Assembly (NCBI GenBank): GCA_029548865.1
Contig: JAKPMO010000022.1
Location: 1-43,960, forward strand
Direction: 5' to 3'
From: Caldisericota bacterium
GTDB taxonomy: Bacteria; Caldisericota; Caldisericia; JAAYUI01
Length of the DNA: 43,960 nt
Every line of letters begins with the position of its first letter. Positions within the stretch are counted from its first letter, which is position 1. The notes under the pieces are model-generated. The model ran no database searches. It worked only from the letters and a program-made list of their open reading frames with translations, and had not been told where the DNA came from. The translations under genes were made by a program, and so were the position numbers. Below, in pieces: positions 27,476-38,634 of this stretch.

Positions 27476-29170
27476 ATGGTTGCTGGTGAATTGATGATTG
27501 TTGCACTCATTGTTCTTGCAACAATTGCATGTGCCTATCCATTTGGCATTTATATGGCCAAAGTTTTTGGTGGCGAAAAAACTTTTATGTCAAAGGTCAT
27601 GAGGCCTGTAGAAAATTTCTTTTACAGATTTGCCGGCATCAAAGAAAATGATGAACAAAACTGGAAACAATATCTGAAATCTTTTGTTCTATTCTTTGGT
27701 TTGGGTTTTGTTGTTCTTTTTACAATTCTTTCCATACAAAAATGGCTACCAATGAACCCGTCTGGTTTTGGCAACATCAGATGGGACACTGGCCTGAATA
27801 TCGCAACATCATTTTGCACAAACACAAATTGGCAGTCTGTCGGTTTTGAATCTTCTCTAACACCATTTTCACAAATGGTCGGAATTGCAGTCCAGAACTT
27901 TGTTTCAGCCTCTGCCGGTCTTGCCGTTGGGATTGCGCTTGTCAGAGGCTTTGCAAGAAAAAACACGGATAAAATAGGCAATTTCTGGGTGGACCTTACA
28001 CGAGGCACACTCTATGTTCTTGTTCCAGTATCGCTTGTCATGGCAATTTTCCTGATCTGGCAGGGTGTTCCTCAAACATTGGGCAATACAATACAGACAA
28101 CAACAATACAGGGGCAATCTCAAACCATTGTCACAGGTCCAGTTGCATCCCAGGTGTCCATAAAAATGCTTGGAAGCAATGGTGGTGGATACTTCAATGC
28201 AAACGGGGCACATCCATTTGAAAACCCAACACCACTTTCAAATGCGATACAAACCATGGCAATTCTCTTTATACCGATGTCACTTCTGTTCACATTCGGG
28301 AAAATGATTGGCGACATGAAGAAGGCCTGGTCACTATTCTTTGTGTGCATGTTTCTCTTTTTAATAGGTTTCTCCATAACCATGTACGCAGAAATGTCCC
28401 CGAATCCAGTTTTAAGGAATGCTGGCGCAACCACACTAAATATGGAAGGAAAGGAAATGCGCTTTGGGATTCCATCTTCAGCGCTCTGGGGTCAAGCCAC
28501 AACGGTTGTATCAAACGGCTCAGTTAATGGAATGCATGACAGTTTCATGCCATTGTCAGGGTTAGTGTACATTTTCAACATGATAACAGGAGAGGTAATT
28601 TTTGGTGGAGTAGGCGTAGGCCTTGCCGGTCTCCTTCTTTATTCCATTCTGGCAATGTTTATTGCTGGTCTGATGATTGGCAAAACTCCTGAATTGCTCC
28701 GCAAAAAACTTGGAGTCAATGAAATGGTGTGGGCATGTGTTGGTTTGCTGACTCCATGTATTGTTGTTCTGATACTTACTGCAACAGGTTTCGTGACACC
28801 AAATGCTGTATCGAGCTTGTCTGCCAAAGGTTCACATGGTTTCTCACAGCTCCTTTATGCTAACGCATCGATGGTGGGCAACAACGGATCGGCCTTTGGC
28901 GGTCTTTCTGCCAACACGCCATTTTTCAACCTGACCGGCTCATTTGCAATGCTTTTTGGCAGGTTTGCAACTGTAATTTCAGCAATTGCCGTCGCTGGTT
29001 CTCTTGCCAGAAAAAACCAGTCCCCGGCGAATGCAACCCAGATTCCGATGACAAGTCCGGCATTTGTAGTGATGCTGCTTGCCGTGATAATAATTGTTGG
29101 TGCACTCACTTTCTTCCCGTCGCTTGCAATAGGACCACTTCTTGAGCACCTCAAGATGACAGGAATGTGA
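27476..29170 (+). CDS. kdpA: K+-transporting ATPase subunit A
   Basis: [36 protein letters not shown]. Confidence 0.96.
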   Translation: MVAGELMIVALIVLATIACAYPFGIYMAKVFGGEKTFMSKVMRPVENFFYRFAGIKENDEQNWKQYLKSFVLFFGLGFVVLFTILSIQKWLPMNPSGFGNIRWDTGLNIATSFCTNTNWQSVGFESSLTPFSQMVGIAVQNFVSASAGLAVGIALVRGFARKNTDKIGNFWVDLTRGTLYVLVPVSLVMAIFLIWQGVPQTLGNTIQTTTIQGQSQTIVTGPVASQVSIKMLGSNGGGYFNANGAHPFENPTPLSNAIQTMAILFIPMSLLFTFGKMIGDMKKAWSLFFVCMFLFLIGFSITMYAEMSPNPVLRNAGATTLNMEGKEMRFGIPSSALWGQATTVVSNGSVNGMHDSFMPLSGLVYIFNMITGEVIFGGVGVGLAGLLLYSILAMFIAGLMIGKTPELLRKKLGVNEMVWACVGLLTPCIVVLILTATGFVTPNAVSSLSAKGSHGFSQLLYANASMVGNNGSAFGGLSANTPFFNLTGSFAMLFGRFATVISAIAVAGSLARKNQSPANATQIPMTSPAFVVMLLAVIIIVGALTFFPSLAIGPLLEHLKMTGM

Positions 29171-29178
29171 GGCAGAAA

Positions 29179-31209
29179 ATGGCAAAAAAGAGTCTATTTA
29201 CCGGAGATATTGTAAAAACAGCCATTTTGGGCTCGTTTGTCCGCCTCAATCCTGCAAGATTATGGCGCAATCCGGTCATGATGATAGTTTTTGCGGTCTC
29301 GGCAATAGTAACAGTTCAAATGGTTTACCTTGCAGCAACAAGGCAACCATTCGGTTTTGAATTGCAAATATCAATATGGCTATGGATCACTGTACTGTTC
29401 GCCAATTTTGCAGAGGCATTGGCCGAAGGCAGGGGCAACGCACAGGCCCAAAGCTTGAAAACAAACAGGAACAACACGGCTGCAAACAAACTCGAACATG
29501 ACGGTTCCATCAAGGTAGTCCCGGCAACAACACTCGAAAAGGACGACATAGTCATCGTTGCCGAGGGTGAGATCATTCCCTCTGACGGAGACATTGTTCA
29601 TGGCGTAGCATTGATTGACGAATCAGCAATAACAGGAGAGTCTGCACCTGTGGTCAGAGAATCAGGTGGAGACAGATGTGGTGTCACAGGTGGAACTAGA
29701 GTGCTTTCTGGAAAGTTGGAGATCAGAATAACGGCTGGCCAGGGTGAAACATTTATTGACCACATGATTTCGATGGTTGAGAGCGCCAAAAGGATGAAAA
29801 CACCAAATGAAATCGCCCTGGAAATACTATTGATTGCGCTCACATCAGTCTTTCTATGCGTAGCAATTACCCTTCCAGTATTTTCAAATTTTTTTGGCAC
29901 ACAAATATCGGTGGTCATTCTTGCAAGCCTACTTGTGTGCCTGATGCCGACAACAATAGGCGGTTTGCTGCCCGCCATCGGAATAGCTGGCATGGACAGG
30001 CTCCTCTCCAAAAACGTCATTGCGCTGTCTGGAAGAGCTGTTGAGGCATCCGGCGATGTTGATGTAGTCCTGTTGGACAAAACGGGCACAATAACACTTG
30101 GAAACAGGCAAGCTGTTGAGTTGATACCAGTTGATGGCATCGATGAACGCCATCTGTTCAGGTGTGCGCTCCTTTCATCCCTTGCCGATGACACGCCAGA
30201 AGGCAGATCAATCCTCTCTCTTTCAAAAGAAAAGCTTGGAATCAAGGGCCGCGACATAAAGGCACCTGAACTGGCAACATTTGTCCCCTACACTGCTGAA
30301 AACAGGATGAGCGGTATTGATGTTGAAGGAAGAAAAATAAGAAAAGGCGCTTTTGATGCCATGGAGCAATTTGTGCATTCACTTGGCGGGAGCATACCAA
30401 GCAAGGCAAAAATAGCTGTTGACTCAATAGCCAAGAATGGTGGGACCCCTCTCGTTGTTTCAGAAGGCCCCGATGTCATAGGTGTGGTAAACCTCAAAGA
30501 CATTCTGAAAGAAAACATCAGCCACAGACTCAGCCAGCTCAGAAAGCTTGGCATTGTATCTGTAATGATCACTGGCGATAATCCCCTCACAGCAGCAGCC
30601 ATCGCAGCTGAAGCAGGCATTGACGACTTTATCGCCCAGGCAAGGCCGGAAACAAAGCTTGCGTCAATAAAAAAGTACCAGGAAGAGGGCCACCTTGTGG
30701 CGATGATAGGTGATGGGACCAACGATGCCCCTGCGCTTGCGCAAGCTGATGTCGGTGTCGCAATGAACGCTGGCACGCAATCAGCAAGAGAGGCCGCCAA
30801 CATGGTAGACCTCGATAGTAATCCGAGCAAATTGCTGGACATTGTTGAAACCGGAAAACAGATCCTTATAACGAGAGGCGCACTTACAACTTTTTCAATA
30901 GCAAACGATGTCGCAAAATATTTTGCCATCATTCCCGCGATATTTGCTGTCACATTCCCGGAGCTCGGCATACTCAATATCATGCATCTTGCCACTCCAA
31001 ATTCGGCTATCCTATCATCTGTGATCTTCAATGCAATAATTATTCCCGCATTGATACCACTGGCACTAAAGGGCATCTCCTACAAATCAATGACCGCCCA
31101 AAAGATGCTCCTGGCAAATATCTTTATCTATGGCCTTGGTGGTCTGTTGCTCCCATTTGTCGGCATCAAACTTATTGACATGATTGTTGTTGCCCTTGGG
31201 CTCGTGTGA
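29179..31209 (+). CDS. kdpB: K+-transporting P-type ATPase subunit B
   Basis: [36 protein letters not shown] (start may instead be GTG 29167). Confidence 0.97.
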   Translation: MAKKSLFTGDIVKTAILGSFVRLNPARLWRNPVMMIVFAVSAIVTVQMVYLAATRQPFGFELQISIWLWITVLFANFAEALAEGRGNAQAQSLKTNRNNTAANKLEHDGSIKVVPATTLEKDDIVIVAEGEIIPSDGDIVHGVALIDESAITGESAPVVRESGGDRCGVTGGTRVLSGKLEIRITAGQGETFIDHMISMVESAKRMKTPNEIALEILLIALTSVFLCVAITLPVFSNFFGTQISVVILASLLVCLMPTTIGGLLPAIGIAGMDRLLSKNVIALSGRAVEASGDVDVVLLDKTGTITLGNRQAVELIPVDGIDERHLFRCALLSSLADDTPEGRSILSLSKEKLGIKGRDIKAPELATFVPYTAENRMSGIDVEGRKIRKGAFDAMEQFVHSLGGSIPSKAKIAVDSIAKNGGTPLVVSEGPDVIGVVNLKDILKENISHRLSQLRKLGIVSVMITGDNPLTAAAIAAEAGIDDFIAQARPETKLASIKKYQEEGHLVAMIGDGTNDAPALAQADVGVAMNAGTQSAREAANMVDLDSNPSKLLDIVETGKQILITRGALTTFSIANDVAKYFAIIPAIFAVTFPELGILNIMHLATPNSAILSSVIFNAIIIPALIPLALKGISYKSMTAQKMLLANIFIYGLGGLLLPFVGIKLIDMIVVALGLV

Positions 31210-31217
31210 GGTGGAAA

Positions 31218-31784
31218 ATGGAACTGAAAAGAGGACTTTTAATACTTTTAGCGATGGTGGTTCTTACCGGAATCATTTATCCGCTTGCCGTGACAGGCAT
31301 TGGTCAATTATTTTTCAGTCACCAGGCAAACGGGAGCCTTGCAACAAAGGATGGGGAGGTAATAGGCTCTGAACTGATTGCACAAAAATTTGAAGCACCA
31401 TTCTACTTTGTTCCACGCCCATCGGCCATCAATTATGATGCTGCAACATCTGGGGGGACAAGCAATGGCCCAACCTCGGAGGCATTGAAATCGGAGGTGG
31501 TGCAAAACATAAACGTGGCAAAAAAAATGTTTGGCTTGAAAGAGGGCGACCAGGTCCCGGCCGATATGGTGACATCCAGTGGGTCTGGCCTTGATCCAGA
31601 AATATCATTTGATTCCGCAATGATTCAGGCAAAATCTGTTGCAAATGCCAGAAAAGTTGCTGAAACAGAGATTACAAAACTGGTCGAAGAACAGGCAACA
31701 AAAGGTTTGTTTTCGCCAAAAAGAGTAAATGTTTTATTGCTCAACCTGGAACTTGACAGATTGTTTCCGAAAGGAACAAAATAA
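31218..31784 (+). CDS. kdpC: K+-transporting ATPase subunit C
   Basis: YPLAVTG, QANGSL, GSELIAQ, SGSGLDPEIS, VNVLLLNL. Confidence 0.95.
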   Translation: MELKRGLLILLAMVVLTGIIYPLAVTGIGQLFFSHQANGSLATKDGEVIGSELIAQKFEAPFYFVPRPSAINYDAATSGGTSNGPTSEALKSEVVQNINVAKKMFGLKEGDQVPADMVTSSGSGLDPEISFDSAMIQAKSVANARKVAETEITKLVEEQATKGLFSPKRVNVLLLNLELDRLFPKGTK

Positions 31785-31789
31785 CAGCC

Positions 31790-33730
31790 ATGACAGACAC
31801 CAGACCTGATCCCAACGAGATACTGAAGAGGATTCTTGAAAAAGAAAAAGACAGCGAACAGGAAAAGAAAAAAGGCAAGCTGAAGGTTTTTCTTGGTCTT
31901 GCCGCAGGTGTCGGCAAAACCTACAGGATGCTCGCAAGAGCACAGATGCTCAAGGAGTCAGGCGTTGATGTTGTAATTGGCATTATAGAGACACATGGAA
32001 GGATGGAAACCAAAAAGCTTGCTGAAGGCATAGAAACTCTCCCCAGAAAAGAGATTGAGTATGGCGGGATCAAGCTGGAAGAGATGGACATTGATGCCGT
32101 CATAAAAAGAAAACCTGAACTCATCTTGGTGGATGAGCTCGCGCATACAAATGCACCTGGTTCGAGACATAACAAACGCTACCTGGATGTTGTGGAACTC
32201 CTAGAAAATGGGATTGATGTTTATACCACACTGAATGTCCAGCACATAGAATCTTTCAACGACATAGTTTTCCAGATCACAGGAGTAAGGGTCAAGGAAA
32301 CGGTCCCTGATGAGATACTTGAGAGAGCACACCATCCGGATGGCATCGAAGTGGTTGATTTACCACCTGAAGAGCTGATACAAAGGCTTAAAGACGGCAA
32401 AGTCTATGTTCCAGAAAAATCCAAGCAGGCCATTGAAAGGTTCTTTAGAAAAGGCAATCTTCTTGCTCTTCGAGAAATGGCTCTCAGATACACTGCCAGG
32501 CTAGTTGATGAAGACATCAAAACATACATGGAGCGGCATGATATTGTCGGGCCATGGTCGGCTGCACCCAGACTGCTGGTTTGTGTTTCGCCAAGCCCAA
32601 CATCTGCCAGGCTGATAAGACTTGCAAAGCAATTGGCCCCAGGTATTGATGCAGAATGGTATGCCATCCACGTTGAAGAGCGGAATGCTCCTGAGCTTAC
32701 AAGTGATGCTTCAGAAACGCTTACATCAAACCTGAGGCTTGCTGAGGAACTGGGTGGGGAAGTTGTCACAACAGTTGGTTCAAATATAGCTGATGAAGTC
32801 ATCCGATTTGCAAGGGAAAAGAACATCATCATCATTTTGATTGGCTACGGTCCAAGACAAAAATTCAGCTTCACCAGAAAAAACCTGGTCGATGAGGTAG
32901 TCAGAAAATCAGGCAATATCCATGTTCTGGTTGTAACGGACAGTGAAGCGGCGCCTGTCAAATCAACTGTTGCTAATAAGCTTACTTTTTCTTATAAACA
33001 CACTTTTTATTCATTGTTGACACTATTTGTGTATGCAACTATTTTCTTCTTCCTAGGCAAGTGGCTGAACTATGCCAATATAGTGATGCTCATGACTTTG
33101 CCGATCATTTTCTCGGCCATTGTCTGGGGGCGTGTTGCAGGGATCATCAATTCCATCGTAGGAATGGTGCTGATTGATTTGTTTTTTATACCACCGCTAT
33201 TTCAATTCACCATTGAAGACATTAATCTTCTCCCATCATTGCTGGTATACCTTGTGGTTGGATTAACAGCATCTTTCTTGGCCGAGATGGTCAGATGGCA
33301 AGGCAAGATAGCCAGGCAACGCGAGATTTTCATTGAATCTCTATACAATTTGAGCCGGGAATTGCTTGTGTTTACAAACCCAAAAGACATAACAAAAAAA
33401 GCAGTGTCTGAAATGGACAGAGTTTTTGAGTGCAAAACAGTTTTTTTTGAAGGTGTTGGTGATGAGCTGGCCATTCTCTCAAAATCAGACGAGCTTGAAA
33501 TTCACGACAAAGATAAGGTCATTGCCACGTGGTCGCTTACACACGGGGGAAAAACCGGCAAATACACCGACACTCTCCCCCATGCCGAATTTACATTTGT
33601 CCCAATCAATATTGGCTCTAAAACAAAGTATGTTGCAGGGTTTAAGTTCAATCAGAAATTGACTCCAGAACAATCAAAACTTCTTGATTCATTCATAAAC
33701 GTTATTGCTACTTCGCTTTCGATCTTTTAG
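31790..33730 (+). CDS. kdpD: KdpD sensor lacking the histidine kinase module (KdpD-N, Usp, TM/DUF4118, GAF only)
   Basis: GVGKTY, VDELAHTN, LNVQHIES, LALREMALR, Usp-like LLVCVSPSP, FFIPP TM region, GAF-like end; stop at 646 aa with no H-box or ATPase boxes. Confidence 0.9.
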   Translation: MTDTRPDPNEILKRILEKEKDSEQEKKKGKLKVFLGLAAGVGKTYRMLARAQMLKESGVDVVIGIIETHGRMETKKLAEGIETLPRKEIEYGGIKLEEMDIDAVIKRKPELILVDELAHTNAPGSRHNKRYLDVVELLENGIDVYTTLNVQHIESFNDIVFQITGVRVKETVPDEILERAHHPDGIEVVDLPPEELIQRLKDGKVYVPEKSKQAIERFFRKGNLLALREMALRYTARLVDEDIKTYMERHDIVGPWSAAPRLLVCVSPSPTSARLIRLAKQLAPGIDAEWYAIHVEERNAPELTSDASETLTSNLRLAEELGGEVVTTVGSNIADEVIRFAREKNIIIILIGYGPRQKFSFTRKNLVDEVVRKSGNIHVLVVTDSEAAPVKSTVANKLTFSYKHTFYSLLTLFVYATIFFFLGKWLNYANIVMLMTLPIIFSAIVWGRVAGIINSIVGMVLIDLFFIPPLFQFTIEDINLLPSLLVYLVVGLTASFLAEMVRWQGKIARQREIFIESLYNLSRELLVFTNPKDITKKAVSEMDRVFECKTVFFEGVGDELAILSKSDELEIHDKDKVIATWSLTHGGKTGKYTDTLPHAEFTFVPINIGSKTKYVAGFKFNQKLTPEQSKLLDSFINVIATSLSIF

Positions 33731-33741
33731 GATTTATTAAA

Positions 33742-34803
33742 TTATCTTTTGACAAGCATCGTCTTGTCAAAAGATCTCCAGTAGAGCTCTCGTTGGAAGA
33801 TTCCACAGAACTGTCTTAAAGGAACCATGGGAATTCCCTTTACTGTTTCATATGGGGCCACGACCCACTGCTGTTTTTTCCCATCAATCTGGAATTCTTT
33901 TTTGCCAAGCGTAAATTTGACTTCCAGCCACTCTTTTTCAATGAACCTTCTAAATGTCCAGAGTTTTGTTTTTTCATCATAGGAAGTGGTATTTGAGCTT
34001 GTGAGGTTTTCGAGGACCCATTTGCCAGGAACCATCGTTGTTCCATTCCTTGTTTCCACCTTTGCAGGAAGGGCTTTCTTTTCTCCATTTACAAACGTAT
34101 CTCGTTCCCCAATCTTCATCCATATATAGCCACCCCAGGAAGCCACAGGGAAATTATACAGCGCTGGTGCGCATTCATTTCTAACATCCGGATTGACAGC
34201 TTCCATTTTGTAAAGGCTCAGTTTTTCCCCATCATATTTCCTAATGTCGACATTGAAATTTCCATCAGCAAAGAAACAGGAGCCGGGAGGCAGTTTTTCT
34301 TTGCAATAGCACGGTCCCATATCAAAGTTCATTAGCGAACACTCCTGGTCTCTATTGTGGTAAAGCCTCTTCATGTAGTAGAATCCGTTATCTTTATTCG
34401 ATATGACCATGCCTAAATACAGTCCTCTGTCATATGATGGGCCCAAAAATTTGCAGCTGAATCTGCCATCGAAACATTTTCTGGCCTCTTCAAAAAAATT
34501 CTTGGCCGAGGGATCAAGCTTGACTGGATTGCCTTTGGCATCTTTTGCTGGTATGGCGAAAGTTTTACCATCTTTGGTGATTTCTGTGATTTTGTAGAAA
34601 GTAAAACCATTCTCACCGTATTCGACAAGCGGCATCTCCTTGTCTAGAACATAAACATCACCTTTTTGATCATACGATTTTAACACCATTATTTTGAATG
34701 GCTGCATTTTTTGCTTGGTTGTTTCTGTTCGTGCGCAAGGGATACATAAGCCTGTGATAATAATTAACGCCACCAAGATGCTTATTTTAGAAGATTGCTT
34801 CAT
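33742..34803 (-). CDS. Secreted protein with C-terminal stalk (Cu_amine_oxidN1-like) domain; family A, copy 2
   Basis: Signal peptide; VPLRQFC C-terminal motif; shares motifs with 41505-42632; GGAGG RBS. Confidence 0.8.
   Translation of the reverse strand: MKQSSKISILVALIIITGLCIPCARTETTKQKMQPFKIMVLKSYDQKGDVYVLDKEMPLVEYGENGFTFYKITEITKDGKTFAIPAKDAKGNPVKLDPSAKNFFEEARKCFDGRFSCKFLGPSYDRGLYLGMVISNKDNGFYYMKRLYHNRDQECSLMNFDMGPCYCKEKLPPGSCFFADGNFNVDIRKYDGEKLSLYKMEAVNPDVRNECAPALYNFPVASWGGYIWMKIGERDTFVNGEKKALPAKVETRNGTTMVPGKWVLENLTSSNTTSYDEKTKLWTFRRFIEKEWLEVKFTLGKKEFQIDGKKQQWVVAPYETVKGIPMVPLRQFCGIFQRELYWRSFDKTMLVKR
33744..33775. repeat. Perfect 13-bp inverted repeat with 6-nt loop
   Basis: ATCTTTTGACAAG-CATCGT-CTTGTCAAAAGAT. 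Confidence 0.9.
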
Positions 34804-34847
34804 ACTTCCTCCCTGAATTTATTATTGAGGATCCAAAAAACTGCTTG

Positions 34848-36113
34848 TCACTCAAAGCCATAAAGGTATTTGTCGTCAGCAACAAGCACTAGATCGCTTA
34901 CAGATAATACGACCCTAGCACCCTCACCAAGGTTATTTTTCTTTTTGCTGATTTGCCATTTTTTGTCTCCAGTAATGGGGGAGATGGCAAAAATGTTGTC
35001 CTTGTCTTCCTGCCAGTATTCCCTCTGGTTTAATGGAAAGGTTTCATCAACAACATTCAACTTGTTTTCCAGCTTGACAATCGAGTCATTCTTGTAAAGG
35101 CACAACAAATAGTACGATCCGCCTGCTTTGAATTCAAAAGGGAAATCGGTCCTTCTGTCAAGGAACGATCCAATGGTATTTCCAATCTTTGCTTGATATT
35201 CTTTCTCGACCAGCCCACTTACTTGGTTAATCCTAACTATTTTTGTACCGTTTTCAGTAACAATATAAAGCCTCTCCTGGTCAACTTCAAAAGAAAAATA
35301 ATCCTCTATATTCTTGAAAGCCAATTCTGATATTTTGAGGGTGTCGAGGTTGATCCTGTACAATTTGTGGCCTTCATTATTGAAAGGTGAGGTCAACACC
35401 CATAAATATCTATCCGTATTAATAACACCACTTATCACCTGCCCGTCAAATGATAACATCCACTTTGGCAATCCAGACCAGCAATTGAGGCACAAAAGTG
35501 ATCTGGAATTAATGCTGACAAAGATGTTGTTCTTGTATCCAATATTGTACAGGTGGGCTTCTTTTATCCTGTACCCCCAGAAAGTTTCATTGCTATACAA
35601 ATCCCAATAGGCGAGGTTTCCATTTTCCCTGAACCCAAAAACATTTTCACGCACATCAAAAATGATTCCCCCAAGTGTATTTAGTTTTTCGGATTTAGGG
35701 AGAAGCGCTGTTTTCCCTGTTTCTGTTTCAATCACAAGTGTCATTGGTGAATATTTTATGCTTAACAACTTGTTTTCTGGGGAAAACATGTCCCTTTTAG
35801 ATGTGTTTTTTAGGTCTGATGTCATTCTTCTGTAAGGCAATTCTTTCCACAGAAAAAGATCATATTCCTTGTTATCAGAAACTGACAATGGGACTGGAAA
35901 ATCCTTGATGGGTGCCATTTTGAAATCTTTTGCCGGCACGAGTAGTGATTTGTCCTCAAAATTGGCATCAGGAGTGATTGTGTGTTTTTCAATATTCTCC
36001 TTCATTTTGTTCATTATCCCAAGAGGGCCATTTCCCGAGCACCCCGAGATTGCAATGACCAGAAAAATCAGCAATAAAATGTGCAAATATTTTTTCATAT
36101 TGTCCTTTATCAT
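34848..36113 (-). CDS. Putative lipoprotein, beta-propeller-like; family C, copy 3
   Basis: AGGAGG RBS, lipobox ISGC, G...W repeats, C-terminal KKWQISK...LYGF. Confidence 0.75.
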   Translation of the reverse strand: MIKDNMKKYLHILLLIFLVIAISGCSGNGPLGIMNKMKENIEKHTITPDANFEDKSLLVPAKDFKMAPIKDFPVPLSVSDNKEYDLFLWKELPYRRMTSDLKNTSKRDMFSPENKLLSIKYSPMTLVIETETGKTALLPKSEKLNTLGGIIFDVRENVFGFRENGNLAYWDLYSNETFWGYRIKEAHLYNIGYKNNIFVSINSRSLLCLNCWSGLPKWMLSFDGQVISGVINTDRYLWVLTSPFNNEGHKLYRINLDTLKISELAFKNIEDYFSFEVDQERLYIVTENGTKIVRINQVSGLVEKEYQAKIGNTIGSFLDRRTDFPFEFKAGGSYYLLCLYKNDSIVKLENKLNVVDETFPLNQREYWQEDKDNIFAISPITGDKKWQISKKKNNLGEGARVVLSVSDLVLVADDKYLYGFE

Positions 36114-36123
36114 ATCGATCCTC

Positions 36124-37278
36124 CTAATCCCCATAACAAAAAATGAAATCACCAGAGAAAACAAAGAGTTTTCCAAAACCAATTCGAAGTTTGTCAGCAG
36201 GTTTGGGCAGGTTCATCCTATATACTTCTTCTCCAGTAAATCTGTTAATTTTGCTTATAGCTCCGGTGTGCGTATGACAACAATATAACCAATCGCCACA
36301 AACAACAAGTTTTCCATTAAAAGATGGCTTTTCTTTGAACCATAACGCTTTCCCATCCGGAGAATAGCAAGTGACCTTGTGTCCTATTGCATAATCAGAA
36401 ATATAGACATATCCATCGCTTGTAATGCAATATTCAATATTTCCTATTCTTTCAATTTTTGGATCCAGAAATGAACCATTGTCCAGCTTGACGCAACGAA
36501 GTATCGGTCCTTTATCGATGTAATATGCCTTGTCACCCTGTATTGTCACATACCAAGGTAAAACAGGAGGACCTTCATCAACTTCCTTCTCTTCATCAAC
36601 ATCCAAGTTCCTGTCCCATAACAAACTGCCATCTTTTGTCCTCAGGGCAATTACTTTATAGAGGGTCATATAGACACAAACACCATTAGATACTGATGAG
36701 ATTGTCCTGCAATTCCGGCCATCATAGTATGACCAGATAAATTTTTGTTCTGAAATGGAATAACATGATATTCCATCATAAGTTGAGATATACAATTTCC
36801 CATCTGAGGCAGTCATTGATTTATAACCATAAACTCTGCTTGGCAGAAACTCTTCCTGGATCAATTCACCACTGTCAGCATCAAGTATCTCCAGTTTTTG
36901 TTCATTGATTACATAGAAAATTTTTCCGTCTGCATAGCATAACTCCTCCCCCACCTGGTCTATTTTTAGACAATCTGTTTTCCAGAGAAGCTCTCCAGTC
37001 TCATAGCTAACACAAACGACGGAACGCTGCCGATTTTTATAGGCAAACATAAAAAGCTTGTTATCTGTAACCAATACGTCATTTTCCAAGTATCTCGATG
37101 AAACACCATAATCTGCTTTAAACTGCCATTCGAGCTTTAGCTCATTCGATTTTGGGGCAAAATAATGTATTGGGAGATCGAATGTATGTCCTGGCCCACC
37201 TCCATATTGGGTCCAGGGAGTGAGATAGGCTAAGATAAAACTAGAAAGTAGAAGACCCACCAGCTTTACTGCGCCCAA
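36124..37278 (-). CDS. Secreted PQQ-binding-like (BamB-like) beta-propeller protein; family B, copy 2
   Basis: AGGAGG RBS with TTG start; WTQYGGGPGHT, ETGELLWK, KDGSLLWD, DGKALW repeats. Confidence 0.8.
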   Translation of the reverse strand: MGAVKLVGLLLSSFILAYLTPWTQYGGGPGHTFDLPIHYFAPKSNELKLEWQFKADYGVSSRYLENDVLVTDNKLFMFAYKNRQRSVVCVSYETGELLWKTDCLKIDQVGEELCYADGKIFYVINEQKLEILDADSGELIQEEFLPSRVYGYKSMTASDGKLYISTYDGISCYSISEQKFIWSYYDGRNCRTISSVSNGVCVYMTLYKVIALRTKDGSLLWDRNLDVDEEKEVDEGPPVLPWYVTIQGDKAYYIDKGPILRCVKLDNGSFLDPKIERIGNIEYCITSDGYVYISDYAIGHKVTCYSPDGKALWFKEKPSFNGKLVVCGDWLYCCHTHTGAISKINRFTGEEVYRMNLPKPADKLRIGFGKLFVFSGDFIFCYGD

Positions 37279-37389
37279 TTTTCCTCCTACCCCACAAATA
37301 AGCTTGCTTACCAGTTACTCTTCTGGAGCAACGCCATTATGGCATATCACAAGCTGTCTGTATATGGCCACATAAACAAGGAAAGTTTC

Positions 37390-38607
37390 TCACGGCCTGA
37401 AACCGTAGACAAACTTGTCATCCCTAAGAACAACACCATGCTCGTCAGATAACATAATTGTGTAGTCTTCCCCAATCCCCTTTTTGTCGATTGACCATGT
37501 GTGCTTGAAGGTGCATGGATCAACTCCAATGATCTTTTTGCCATCATCAAAATAGTAGTCATTCTTAAGCTCTGTTATTGGATCATTGATACTGGTCACC
37601 TTACGAGACAAAAAATGGAAGACTTTTTGCCCGTCTTTTGTTTCAATAACCAGAATATCATCTGGACCAATTCCAGTGATATCATCAGTGCTGGAGATGA
37701 CTCCTGACAAGTCAGAAACCATCTTTTTTTCGAATGTTTCCTCGTTAACAGCATAAATCTTCAAATCATTGTCAATATAGCAAAAAGAACCATTTATGAA
37801 GCCAAGGAGAAATACATCCTTGGATGCAAATACTTCCACAACGATATTCTTGTCTGGATCATATGCGTAAACATGTGTATAGGCAGCATATTCTCCATTA
37901 CTAAAATCAAAATACCGCATCCACAGACATTTGCTATTGCCACCTAGGCCTGATAGTATTCCTCTATAGTCCTGCTCACATACTATCCCCCAGGCGGGAG
38001 TACCATCATCAAGGTTGATCTTAGTGACGTCATTCCCAAATTCTTCCTGGACAAAAAGCTGGTTGTTCCAGATGAAGGTATATTGCCTGTCCAGGCCGAA
38101 TTTCCACAATACCTTTCCATTCTCCTTGTTTTCCCACATCCCGAGATAGTTTCCCCCGTCAACTCTCCCAACAGCAATCTTTCTATCTGCATCATAATAA
38201 TGCGCGCTTTCTCTTACTGAACTTTTTTTGCCATCTTTGGGTGATAGAAAGTACTCGGAAGAATCTCTTGAGCGAATTACCCAACCCTTAGGAGTAGATC
38301 TAACGTATCCGAGAAAATCGCCGCTAGATTTGTGCAGGTATTTCTGAATGTCGTCCCTCCAGAATTCTTTTAGTTCAACGCTTGATTTGATGTATGAACT
38401 TCCCCAGAAATTGTATTGGGAGTTCTTGTTGTCTGCATTTGTATAGATAACTTTTTTGAATTGCAGATCTGCTTCCACCAAACCATTGGGAGTTACCGCA
38501 TATGATTTGACATCTACAACGTCTTTTCTTGTAAGGTCGATGCCAGAATAACAGCCAGGGGAAAACACTATCAACAAAACTGCCAACAGACAACCAAATT
38601 TGTTCAT
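37390..38607 (-). CDS. Putative lipoprotein, beta-propeller-like; family C, copy 2
   Basis: MNKFGCLLAVLLIVFSPGC lipoprotein-type signal; NGKVLWK, DDGTPAW; C-terminal HTWSIDK...VYGF. Confidence 0.75.
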   Translation of the reverse strand: MNKFGCLLAVLLIVFSPGCYSGIDLTRKDVVDVKSYAVTPNGLVEADLQFKKVIYTNADNKNSQYNFWGSSYIKSSVELKEFWRDDIQKYLHKSSGDFLGYVRSTPKGWVIRSRDSSEYFLSPKDGKKSSVRESAHYYDADRKIAVGRVDGGNYLGMWENKENGKVLWKFGLDRQYTFIWNNQLFVQEEFGNDVTKINLDDGTPAWGIVCEQDYRGILSGLGGNSKCLWMRYFDFSNGEYAAYTHVYAYDPDKNIVVEVFASKDVFLLGFINGSFCYIDNDLKIYAVNEETFEKKMVSDLSGVISSTDDITGIGPDDILVIETKDGQKVFHFLSRKVTSINDPITELKNDYYFDDGKKIIGVDPCTFKHTWSIDKKGIGEDYTIMLSDEHGVVLRDDKFVYGFRP

Positions 38608-38634
38608 ATCATTTGTCTCCCTAAAATATGCCAC

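Noticed and set aside
1552..33673. Numerous antisense or alternate-frame ORFs of 60-260 aa (e.g. 6770-7435, 29598-30257, 30288-31076)
   Set aside because: They are shadows of well-supported genes and carry no recognisable motifs
1604..33730. Stop-codon reassignment suggested by the odd RF1 loop
   Set aside because: Conserved genes end normally at TAA, TAG and TGA, and I saw no in-frame stops within conserved domains
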